Assembly (NCBI GenBank): GCA_965206695.1
Contig: CBDBKM010000005.1
Coordinates: 143,730 to 207,729 of the forward strand
DNA from: Chlamydiales bacterium
GTDB taxonomy: Bacteria; Chlamydiota; Chlamydiia; Chlamydiales; JAAZZY01
Reading direction: 5' to 3'
DNA: 64,000 nt
Shown in pieces: positions 54,752 to 64,000 of the stretch. The number at the start of each line of letters is the position of its first letter. Positions within the stretch are counted from its first letter, which is position 1. A program made the translations under genes and the position numbers. The notes beneath the pieces were generated by a model that had not been told where the DNA came from, did no database searches, and saw only the letters and a list, made by a program, of their open reading frames with translations.

Positions 54752-55834
54752 CGCCCTTTCAACATCGAAGTGCAACAAACCGATGCAAATTAAACTTGTC
54801 TGAAGATGGTAAAAAAACTTCCTATGGTAAACATAAGAAAACCAAGGAGGAAAGATGCCAAACGGCTACCGTCACTTAAAGAAAGACAAGAGATGCCAAT
54901 TGTACACCTTGAATAAGAAGATGAGATCCTATCACACTAGTTTCCAATGAGTTAAAGATGGATCGATCTACTGTTTATTGCGAACTAAAACGAAATCGCG
55001 GATATCGGTATCAACAGGTTCAAGAGAAGGCTTTAAAGAGACGAGGCTCCAAAACCCAAAGATGGGTAGTGCAGTGATTGCGTTATCGAAGAGAAGTTAA
55101 GCCTGCAGTGGAGCCCCCGATCAAATATCAGGATGGCTGAAGAAGAAACGGTATCAAGAAGCTGTAAGTCATGAGACAATCTATAAATATGTTTGGGAGG
55201 ACAAGAAAAGAGGAGCCTGTTGTATAAACACCTTAGACATAGTGGAAAGAAATATAACAAGCGGGGTAAAAATAGAGCCGGACGAGGATGTATTCCCGGA
55301 CGGATAGATATTTCTGAAAGACCTGATATCGTAGAGAAGAAAACTCGTTTAGGCGATTGGGAGCTAGATACAATCATAGGAACGGAAGGGAGCGGAGTCA
55401 TTGTTTCAATGGTCAAAAGAGTCTCAAAGCTAACAAAACCGGAAAAGGTCTCGCGTAAAACTGCTGAAGAAGTAAAGGATGCGCCGGTAAATAGGTTAAT
55501 ACCTGTCCAAAAATTTGTTATGACATTAACTGCTGACAACGGGAAAGAATTTGCTTACCATGAACAAGTGAGTCAATCACTTGAGACAAGTTTTTACTTT
55601 GCTACCCCCTCTCATTCCCGGGAGAGAGGGCTGAATGAGCATACGAATGGACTAGTTCGACAATATCTCCCTAAAAATAAACGGTTTGATGAAGTCTCAG
55701 CAGGTAATTTAAAAAAGATCGAGAAGTTGCTTAACAATAGACCCCGAAAAATGTTAGACTTTTCAACTCCGGAGGAGGTGTTTAACGTCTCAGTAAGGAA
55801 GCATCAAGTGTTGCACTTCGATGTTGAAAGGGCG
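54752..55834 (+). mobile_element. IS30-family element, full length, frameshifted
   Basis: Perfect 25-bp TIR CGCCCTTTCAACATCGAAGTGCAAC; GDWELDT, TADNGKEF, NEHTNGLVRQYLPK. Confidence 0.92.
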
Positions 55835-55976
55835 TTTTGATCTAATAGTATGTTAAAATTTTATTATAATAAATATCAACACTTTACGAATCAATTAAAC
55901 TAATTGAAAAAGAATAGTAAATATGATAAAATAAGTTTAAATAAAAGAAACTAATTAATTATCCGGATAATACACT

Positions 55977-56882
55977 ATGTTATTAAAGTCAGAAAACACA
56001 AAGGATGAACCGGTTAAGAAAACTAAGAATGATACTTTAAAAGACCTTAGTTCTAAGGCTCTTTTAAATATACCTAAATCCAATAATTTTCAAATAGATC
56101 TCATGCCTCATAACTGGATTGAATTGGGAGGCTCTCAGGCTCTAATAATAGCTTTAAAGAGTAAGGGAAAAGATAATATCTCAATGATCCGTCATCTGAT
56201 TCAAGGTGAAAAAGTTCGCTCTAACTTCATTAATACTCTTAACGGGGGACAAAACGATAAGGACCAAGAAAGTTTATGGACCGGCTTAGATGAGCTAAAA
56301 GAAAACTTCAAACAAGATCTTAGTGAATTGCCCATAAATGAATTAGCAAGAATATATGTTCCCAAGGAGTTTTATAATGATTTTCAAGAGGTCTTAATTG
56401 ACGCCTGGAGATTAAAAATCAAACATGAGTTTCCTCAAACTTTTTCATTAAAAGGAAGAAGGTTTTCGATGGATTCATTTAAAGCACTAATTGGTGCTTT
56501 CAGTTTAAATACCTCATTGAGAGCCCTTAATTTTGAGCATTGCGGATTAACAGAAAAACATGCCAAATACATAGCTACCGTCATACGAATTCAACCAACC
56601 ATTACAACTATCCATCTAGATCATAATGCGATTGGAAATAAGGGAATGAGCCAAATTGCCAAGGCATTAAAAGATAATGATATTTTAGCATCGCTAAGCC
56701 TTAAAAATAATAGCATCGGAAACAAGGGAATCGCAGATCTGGCGAAAGGATTAAGGATCAATCGTACACTACGTTCAATTGACCTAAGTGAAAATATCAT
56801 TGGAGAAGAAGGGCGCAAATCACTGGAAAAAGCCGAAGATGATATTAACTGTATCGTTATAATCGATCACCCTATTCTTTAA
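55977..56882 (+). CDS. Leucine-rich repeat protein, RNI/NLR-like 28-aa repeats (candidate effector)
   Basis: LxxLxLxxNxIGxxGxxxLAxAL units (IHLDHNAIGNKG, LSLKNNSIGNKG, IDLSENIIGEEG). Confidence 0.85.
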   Translation: MLLKSENTKDEPVKKTKNDTLKDLSSKALLNIPKSNNFQIDLMPHNWIELGGSQALIIALKSKGKDNISMIRHLIQGEKVRSNFINTLNGGQNDKDQESLWTGLDELKENFKQDLSELPINELARIYVPKEFYNDFQEVLIDAWRLKIKHEFPQTFSLKGRRFSMDSFKALIGAFSLNTSLRALNFEHCGLTEKHAKYIATVIRIQPTITTIHLDHNAIGNKGMSQIAKALKDNDILASLSLKNNSIGNKGIADLAKGLRINRTLRSIDLSENIIGEEGRKSLEKAEDDINCIVIIDHPIL

Positions 56883-57197
56883 TCTTTTGGTTTAAGTGTT
56901 GTCGTTAGACTAGCTAAAAGACAACACTAGACTTGTTGCGATTGAAATTTTTAATGATTTCTAATAAGTTTGTTCAGAACAATATGGGAGCGAGCAGATG
57001 ATTAAAGTGATAAAGTTTTTATTAAGATTTATCAAGAAAGAAATTAAGGCATGAATAAGGAATCAACGAATCTCGAATATTTGCAATATAAGCTCTTAAA
57101 AATAAGTCGTTTAATGAGTAAATAAACTATTTTAATAGTTATTGACTTTTAGTTAAATATAAGTTATAATTTTAACATAAAAGCTTGAATATAAGAG

Positions 57198-57686
57198 ATG
57201 AATAAAATGATTAAAAAGAATTTCTTGTTCAATCTTCACCTTTTAGAAGAAACTTTTAATTTTGGGAAAAAATTAGTTTTAGACTCATCTAACGGTGTTA
57301 CGATAGGACTCAACGATGACATAAATATAATCATCCAAATACATTACATTGAAAAAGATGATTTTGTAAGCATATCTACTCCTATCTGTTGGCGAATACC
57401 AAAAAACGAAAGAGATGCTTCGAAAATGTTCTCTTCCCTTTTGATTGGTTTAAAAAACCCAATGAGGGGCGTTGGAACTATCATGGCCCATCCCATTAAC
57501 TCTATGTTAGTGTTATTTCACACTCTCTCAATGACGGATGCAAAAGAAGATACTCTAGCCAAGTTCTTACCAAAGTTTATTGAATCCGTAAAAAAATGGC
57601 ACATGCTTATGGATGAATCTCTTGGTAAACGCAACCAAGCGGATAATAGTGAATATATCATAACCAAAACCGATACTTCCTTTTAA
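57198..57686 (+). CDS. CesT/Tir-like type III secretion chaperone candidate
   Basis: 162 aa with helix-beta-helix-beta pattern and C-terminal amphipathic helix LAKFLPKFIESVKKW. Confidence 0.55.
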   Translation: MNKMIKKNFLFNLHLLEETFNFGKKLVLDSSNGVTIGLNDDINIIIQIHYIEKDDFVSISTPICWRIPKNERDASKMFSSLLIGLKNPMRGVGTIMAHPINSMLVLFHTLSMTDAKEDTLAKFLPKFIESVKKWHMLMDESLGKRNQADNSEYIITKTDTSF

Positions 57687-57803
57687 ATATTTGACAGTTC
57701 CTAACCCTAAAGGGAAGAGAGTCCTTATTCAACGACCATGGCTAACAAATGTTAGTCTCACACGATCTCCAAAAGCTTAAATTACCGACTGCCCTTCATT
57801 ATA

Positions 57804-59840
57804 TACTCTTCGCTACTGATAAGGTACACAAAAAAGTATAAATATGATATTAGTTTTGCATGAACCGATTAACTCCAAATCAAAGAAGCACTGTTGAATT
57901 TCAGGTAAAAAAGACCCGTGATATAAATGAACGTAATCGTTTGTGTGTGCTTCTTGCACGAGATGACGGTCCGGACCTGATCACATTGCTTATGTTCTGC
58001 GCTTAAGCCGGTCGAGTGTTTATGAGTATTTGAGGAAATTTCAATCAGAAGGAAAAACTCGGTATGATACCAAGGGAGGGTCAGCCGGTAAATGATCCAA
58101 ACGGTAAACGAAAGAACGACTGAAACATCTTTCTCAATACACTTAATAGCAGGGTTTAGGATCTATGTGTGTCTGTCTTAGAACAAGATAAACTTTCCTA
58201 TAGCACAGGAGGGATGACATCTTGGCTAAAGCATCATCATTTTGTTTTCAAAAGCCCTGTTAATGTCCCCGGTAGGCTTGACTTAGAGAAACAGGCACAA
58301 TGTATTAAAGAATAGGAAGCATTAAAAGCAGGCCTTCAAAATAGTGAAGAGATCTATTTTTTTGATGCAGTACACCCTGATTATCGATCCCAATCCGTAT
58401 GTGGGTGGATCCCAAAAGGGGTTAAGAAAACGATTAAGACCACAAATAAGCACACTAGAATGCCTATTATAGTCATTTAATTTTACATTGATAAGATTGC
58501 TTGATCAATGGCGAATTTAAAATTCGTAACTTTTCGTAATATCTCTCTAACTTTATTTTTCATATTAGCCCAATATTTTTCTATAGGATTTAAGTCCGGA
58601 GAATAAGGAGGAAGAAACATAAGCTTACAACCGGCAGATTCTACTGTTTTCCTGCTTTCCGCTGACTTGTGAAAACCGGCATTGTCAAGAATAAGAACAC
58701 TACCGGGTGTAAGCTGAGGAGTCAAAACTTCCTTAAGCCAAATATTGAATAACCCCGTATTACAAGTACCTTCAAAACACATTGGAGATAAAAACTGCCC
58801 TTTAGATAGGGCTGAAATAATATTTTGCCTTATAAAGCGGTTTCCTGAAACCGCTCCAAAAACTCTTTTGCCGCGTAAGCTTCTTCCGGACTCACGAAAT
58901 AAAAATTGATGAATCCCGGTTTCATCGAGATAAATTCTCTTGTCAAAGGGAATATTTTTTAAATCTTTCATAAAAGCTTCCCGTTTCTTTTCATCTCTTT
59001 CCTTATAGCGAGTAGTTTTTTTTTTCGTGTAATTTTTAATCTTTTAAGGGCATAAAAAATCGTTTGCGGAGTGACTGAAAAATAATCAGCAATTTCCGAT
59101 AAAAAATAATCCGGATGTTTTTCTACATATTTAGATAACAACTCATCATCTAATTTCTTATAAGCATATTTTCTGCGGATTGGCTTTAAATGTCCTTTTT
59201 GCTTTTTTTGCAAGATCCATTCGATATATTATTGCGATACCTACTTGAAAAATATGGCCGGCTGTTTTTTTATCATGATGTTTTTCTATATGTTGTAATA
59301 CTTTCTCTCGAAGATCTACTGAACAGGCTCTAGGCATTGTTTTGTCCTTACTGTTTGTATAAAAAAAGAAGGATAACATATTATCAAATAAAAATTAAAA
59401 TACTATATTGGAGCTTTACGACTTGAGGATATGATAATCAGGTCAAAAGAATACTCCACGATTGGAGGAAGTGAGGTCATTGACTTCTTAAAAGGATTAG
59501 AGAAGCATTCACGGGCTTCAAAAATATATGTTATTTTAGATAACGGAAGAGCTAATAAAAACAAACTGATTCAAGAATATTTAACGACTTCACGTATAGA
59601 GCTTCTCTATTTACCCCCATATTCTTCAAATTTAAATGCAATAGAAAGGCTTTGGAAAGTGATGAAAAAGACGGTTACTTATAATAAATTTTACAATACA
59701 TTTGCTGATTTTAAATTAGAGATAAGGGGCTTTTTTAAAGACAAAATCCCGATTTTAAAAGATACGCTTAAGACACGAATGAATGATAAATTTCAAGTGC
59801 CGGAACTCAATCCTATTCGGCTTCCAATGTGAATGAGTAC
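57804..59840 (+). mobile_element. IS630 type C, degenerate, split by type A
   Basis: MNRLTPNQR..., FFDAVHP, ILDNGRAN, LPPYSSNLNAIERLW. Confidence 0.8.
58470..59405 (-). mobile_element. IS630 type A, full length with a frameshift in ORF1
   Basis: Same ends. Confidence 0.95.
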
Positions 59841-60209
59841 ATATGTTTATCAAAACTCAGCCTATTCACTCTCCACAGTTTGCAATGGGTCAACTTAAAG
59901 GATACACTAGTCGGCCGGTTAAGACAAAAATTCTCAAGTTTAAAATCTCGATTGCCTACATTATGGATAAGATCGTATGATGTTGATAGTATGGGAAAAC
60001 TAAATGAATATACAATTAGGCAGTATATCCAAAATCAAAAAAACAAATAAACGCTTGCATTCCAAGGTTAAAGCAAAAGGTTTTCTCGCTTAATTGTCAT
60101 AATTCTTGGCTTTATTCGTATTTTAAGAATGAAATAGTCCTTAATCCTTTAAATAAAATTTAATTTTGTTTTATAGAAATAAGGTTGACTATCTAAAAAA
60201 TGTAGATCA

Positions 60210-60977
60210 ATGAATACGGCTACCGATCTTTTAAATTCTGTGGGGGCTTACACTACACTAATCGCTCGAGTCTTTTGCCTTACCTTTAAACGTCCTCCTG
60301 TTTGGTTCTTGATAAGAGAACAGATGTACAATATTGGCGTTTTATCATTAGCTGTTGTCGCTTTTACAGGATTTTCTACCGGTCTGGTTTTAGCTACACA
60401 ATCGATTTTTCAACTCGCCGATAAAGGGATGACCGCCATTACCGGTGTTATGGTAGCCAAAGCAATGGTTACTGAGTTAGGGCCGGTATTAACTGCTTTT
60501 ATGGTAACAGGAAGAATTGGTGCTGCTATGTGTGCCGAACTTGGCACGATGAAAGTAACAGAACAATTAGATGCTTTAAAATCCATGGCAGTTAACCCAT
60601 TGCAATATCTTGTAGCTCCCCGCTTTATAGCCGGAACGTGCATGGTTCCCCTATTAACAATCTTTAGCGTTATCATGGGAATTTTGGGGGGGTACCTTAT
60701 ATCCGTATTTTTTTTTGATATGACTTCCAATACTTTTTTAGATCCCTTGCCTGAACAGATTACCCATATTGATGTTGCCACAGGCCTTATAAAATCGATT
60801 GTATTTGGAATACTGATCGTAACAATCGCCTGTTATAAAGGTCTTTGTACCACCGGTGGAGCTGAAGGAGTAGGAAGTTCAACTACAAGCAGTGTTGTGA
60901 TTACCTATTCGTGTATTTTATCAGTTAACTTTCTACTAACCTTATGTATTAATACTTATGGTGCATACTTTTTATAA
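60210..60977 (+). CDS. mlaE: MlaE-family ABC permease
   Basis: ELGPVLTA, GRIGAAMCAELGTMKVTEQLDAL, GGAEGVG. Confidence 0.93.
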   Translation: MNTATDLLNSVGAYTTLIARVFCLTFKRPPVWFLIREQMYNIGVLSLAVVAFTGFSTGLVLATQSIFQLADKGMTAITGVMVAKAMVTELGPVLTAFMVTGRIGAAMCAELGTMKVTEQLDALKSMAVNPLQYLVAPRFIAGTCMVPLLTIFSVIMGILGGYLISVFFFDMTSNTFLDPLPEQITHIDVATGLIKSIVFGILIVTIACYKGLCTTGGAEGVGSSTTSSVVITYSCILSVNFLLTLCINTYGAYFL

Positions 60978-60983
60978 AAAAAA

Positions 60984-61751
60984 ATGATTATTGTAGACAA
61001 TATATGTAAAAGTTTTGATGGAAATAATGTATTAAAAAATTTTTCCATTAACATTGAAACAGGTAAAACTGTTGTGATACTGGGTCGATCCGGAGAGGGA
61101 AAAAGTGTCCTGTTAAAAAATATAATAGGCATTCAGAAACCTGATAGTGGTTTTATTGATATTGACGGCGTTAAAATATCAGAATTATCAGGAGGAAAAC
61201 TCTTTAAAAGCTTAAAAAAAATAGGTCTTGGCATGCTTTTTCAAGGATCTGCCTTATTCGATTCCATGACCGTTTTTGAGAACACTGCTTTTTATTTAAA
61301 TCAACATGAAGACCTCTCTTATTCTGAAATAAAAGATAAAGTAGCTGACGCTCTTGCCATAGTCGATATGCCGGATACGCAACATTTGATGCCTGCTGAT
61401 TTATCCGGGGGTATGCGAAAACGAGCCGCATTAGCAAGACTCATTGTCTATCGGCCCCACACTATTTTATATGATGAGCCTACTACAGGACTTGACCCTA
61501 TTACGGCCATGCATATCAATGAATTGATTTTAAAAACACAAACTGAATTAAAGACAACGAGTGTGGTTGTTACCCATGATATCGCATCAGCCTTAAAAGT
61601 AAGCGATCGTATCGCCTTGCAGCATGATGGAAAAATCGCTTTTTATGAAACCAAAGAAGATTTTGTTAGAATAGAGGATCCATTAGTTAGAGGATTTTTA
61701 AAGAATGCTTTACCAAATGAAATCAAACACTTATTATCCAACAGCAAGTAA
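60984..61751 (+). CDS. mlaF: MlaF-family ABC ATPase
   Basis: GRSGEGKS, LFQGSALFDS, LSGGMRKR, LYDEPTTGLDP. Confidence 0.93.
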   Translation: MIIVDNICKSFDGNNVLKNFSINIETGKTVVILGRSGEGKSVLLKNIIGIQKPDSGFIDIDGVKISELSGGKLFKSLKKIGLGMLFQGSALFDSMTVFENTAFYLNQHEDLSYSEIKDKVADALAIVDMPDTQHLMPADLSGGMRKRAALARLIVYRPHTILYDEPTTGLDPITAMHINELILKTQTELKTTSVVVTHDIASALKVSDRIALQHDGKIAFYETKEDFVRIEDPLVRGFLKNALPNEIKHLLSNSK

Positions 61752-61780
61752 TTATAATTTTTTATCAGGTTATAAAAGAA

Positions 61781-62080
61781 TTAACAGCTCCGAACCCTCA
61801 AAAGAAGAGGTTCCTGATTCAACAAACACTGCCCGGGGAAATCAAGCTTGGTTTTTCGCAATAAAAATTCTCAAAAGGAGAACTTTTACGATCTTCAACC
61901 GACCCATGCCCCCGGGTCTGACATGATCTCCAAAGGCTTAACTTACCGACTGCCCTACGACAGATCTAAACGATAGGAATGGTATACAAGATATGAGAGT
62001 TAACAAGAATACGAAACAACACTTTAACAGAGACGCTCTCATCCCGATGCTAAAGCAAAGGGTTTTCTCGCTTAATTGTC
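61781..62080 (-). mobile_element. 300-bp non-autonomous IS605 derivative between mlaF and mlaD
   Basis: Degenerate right end (TTAACAGCTCCGAACCCTC...TTACCGACTGCCC) and left end ...GTTTTCTCGCTTAATTGTC|ATAA. Confidence 0.8.
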
Positions 62081-62143
62081 ATAAAATAACATATGAAGTA
62101 TTAAAGCTAATTAATTTAGACATAGCTTAAGGTATAAGGTTCT

Positions 62144-63325
62144 ATGGAAAAAGCAGGTAAAGGATATCTAAAAAACACATTAATTGGCCTCTTTGTTGTT
62201 GTTGCCATTATCATCATTGTCTGGTTTCTTCTTTTTTTTAAACCGACAATAGGTGATGGAAAGGTACACCTAAGAGTTCGGTTTTCAAGTATTGCCAACA
62301 TTTCAATCGGTACTAGAGTTACTTTTGCCGGAAGACCTGTAGGAGAGGTGATTACCATAAAGCAGATTTACCAAGCTAGAGAACAGCCCTCTGATATTAT
62401 AGGCCGCCCCTATTTTTATGAATTAGTTTTAGCCGTAGATTCATCAGTAAAGGTTTATAATAGTGATGCTATTGAAATTCAAACTTCAGGACTTTTGGGA
62501 GAAAAAAGTATAGCTATTATCCCAAAAGCATTTCCTGCTGAGGGTGCTGCACGCTTGATGAACAATCATATTATTTATGCTGAAGCCTTGGATCCCGTTG
62601 CAACTGCTTTTAATAGTATGGCTGAAGCTTCTGATAGAGTAGGTCGAGCTATGGAAGATATCTCTACTATTATAGAGTCAAATAAAGAGTATGTTTCCTC
62701 TTCTTTTATATCTATGGATATCACTTTAAAGGAATTAGCCTATACCATGAGTGAAATCAATCGCTTAGGCATCATAGAAACGATTAGCTACGCAGGAGAA
62801 AAATTAAGAAAACTTATGGCCAATGCCAATGATGTCCTCACTGAAGTTCGTTATGAACGTATTCCCGATAAAATTGGTCGTGTATTAATCAACGTCGATA
62901 AAATAACAGGCGATATTGCTTACGGAAGAGGAACCCTTGGCAGGTTAGTTACAGACCCCGGCCTATATCTTCAAACCGTCGCTACGATGAATAAAATGGA
63001 TACCATGATGAATGATATCAATCATTATGGATTTTTCTTTCATTTAAATAAGGGTTGGCAACGTACCCGTGTACAACGTATTAATTCTATGAACTCATTA
63101 AAAACACCTAAAGAATTTAGAAAATATTTCGAAACAGAAATGGATCAAGTAACAACCTCTCTTTCCAGACTATCTCAGCTGGTAGATAAGGCAGCTAGCA
63201 AACATGAAGATATCATGGATGATAATGCTTTTGAAAAAGTCTTTGGGGATTTATTGAGAGAAGTCACACAATTACAAGAAATTGTGGAGCTATATAATGA
63301 AAAACTGGTACAATCCAAAAAATAA
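62144..63325 (+). CDS. mlaD: MlaD/MCE-domain protein
   Basis: N-terminal TM, GTRVTFAGRPVGEV, IQTSGLLGEKSI. Confidence 0.9.
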   Translation: MEKAGKGYLKNTLIGLFVVVAIIIIVWFLLFFKPTIGDGKVHLRVRFSSIANISIGTRVTFAGRPVGEVITIKQIYQAREQPSDIIGRPYFYELVLAVDSSVKVYNSDAIEIQTSGLLGEKSIAIIPKAFPAEGAARLMNNHIIYAEALDPVATAFNSMAEASDRVGRAMEDISTIIESNKEYVSSSFISMDITLKELAYTMSEINRLGIIETISYAGEKLRKLMANANDVLTEVRYERIPDKIGRVLINVDKITGDIAYGRGTLGRLVTDPGLYLQTVATMNKMDTMMNDINHYGFFFHLNKGWQRTRVQRINSMNSLKTPKEFRKYFETEMDQVTTSLSRLSQLVDKAASKHEDIMDDNAFEKVFGDLLREVTQLQEIVELYNEKLVQSKK

Positions 63326-63348
63326 TTTGATGAATAGTGATGTAATAA

Positions 63349-63918
63349 ATGGAATCGGCAACATATGCTCAGATAAGTAAAGGCACTTTTTTAATATCTA
63401 GTCCTGACATGGATACGGGTTTCTTTTCCCGAAGCGTTATTCTCATATGTGAACATACCCCTACAGGTTCTTTTGGCCTGGTAATCAACAAAAATATTGA
63501 ACTTGAACTGCCGGAAGAAGTCATCGAGCTTGATCAACTGGCGAATCCCAATATTGACTTTAGAGCAGGAGGCCCTCTTCAAACGAATCAAATGATGATC
63601 CTCCATGCTTCTTATGAAAACAAGGACCGGACACTTGAAATCGCAGAAGGAGTTCTATTAGGTGGCGACCTTCAGTTCTTACAAGAATCCATTACCAATG
63701 AAAATGGCCCTGCTATTCGCCTTTTCTTTGGCTATACCGGCTGGGCAGCAGGACAATTAGAACGAGAATTTCTTAATGGGAACTGGTTTGTTTGTCCGGG
63801 TACAGCCAAACATCTTTTTGAAACTCCAACAGAAAAAGTTTGGCAAAGCGTATTACGAGAGATGGGCGGCAAGTATGCAACTCTCTCTATGATTCCGGAA
63901 GATTTAAGTTTAAATTAA
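63349..63918 (+). CDS. YqgE/AlgH (DUF179) family protein
   Basis: [40 protein letters not shown], ends SLN. Confidence 0.9.
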   Translation: MESATYAQISKGTFLISSPDMDTGFFSRSVILICEHTPTGSFGLVINKNIELELPEEVIELDQLANPNIDFRAGGPLQTNQMMILHASYENKDRTLEIAEGVLLGGDLQFLQESITNENGPAIRLFFGYTGWAAGQLEREFLNGNWFVCPGTAKHLFETPTEKVWQSVLREMGGKYATLSMIPEDLSLN

Positions 63919-63925
63919 AAAGAAA

Positions 63926-63950
63926 TTGCCCGAATAAAATATTCGGGCAA
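63926..63950. terminator. Putative bidirectional terminator between yqgE and rpsI
   Basis: TTGCCCGAATA-AAA-TATTCGGGCAA perfect stem. Confidence 0.7.
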
Positions 63951-63957
63951 GAATAGA

Positions 63958-64000
63958 CTAGCGCTTAGAGAATTGGAATCGTTTCCGTGCACCTGCAAGG
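63958..64000 (-). CDS. rpsI: 30S ribosomal protein S9, 3' end only
   Basis: Minus strand reads LAGARKRFQFSKR*, the conserved S9 C-terminal tail. Confidence 0.9.
   Translation of the reverse strand, partial: LAGARKRFQFSKR

Larger units (their letters stand above)
57691..60098 (-). mobile_element. Deleted IS200/IS605 derivative (right end, tnpA 3' remnant, left end) with nested IS630 types C and A
   Basis: Right end at 57691, tnpA remnant about 59843-60050, left end ...TTAATTGTC|ATAA. Confidence 0.75.

Overview
AT-rich bacterial chromosome segment, most consistent with an environmental Chlamydiae-type intracellular bacterium (inferred from a chlamydial-style YqgE/AlgH, the Mla and Tam genes, a CesT-like chaperone and eukaryote-like effectors; not proven). 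By my rough tally about 40% of the window is insertion sequence: IS630 (three types, with at least 8 full-length copies of the dominant one), IS1634, IS4, IS30, IS5, IS701/ISL3 remnants, IS200/IS605 tnpA-tnpB elements and their miniature derivatives, often nested. Housekeeping islands are an MFS transporter, hemH, DAHP synthase, dienelactone hydrolase, hemL-yggS, tamAB, mlaE-mlaF-mlaD, yqgE and the 3' end of rpsI. The standout is a pair of 546-aa proteins with 8 pentatricopeptide (PPR) repeats plus a C-terminal Smr-like nuclease domain. They sit in a 3.2-kb inverted duplication that is nearly identical outside the repeat arrays, but the arrays carry different PPR-code residues (predicted RNA targets about UA(A)G(Y)AU(Y) versus AGUGAGA(Y)), making them candidate re-programmable, TALE-like RNA-targeting nuclease effectors. 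Also present are a Bdellovibrio-type bacterial histone, a 706-aa SET-domain effector, a His-Cys caspase-fold candidate, an LRR protein next to a T3SS-chaperone-like gene, and an intact TnpB with several orphan right-end/omegaRNA modules and an inferable TTAT target motif. All calls are by eye from motifs; no searches were run.
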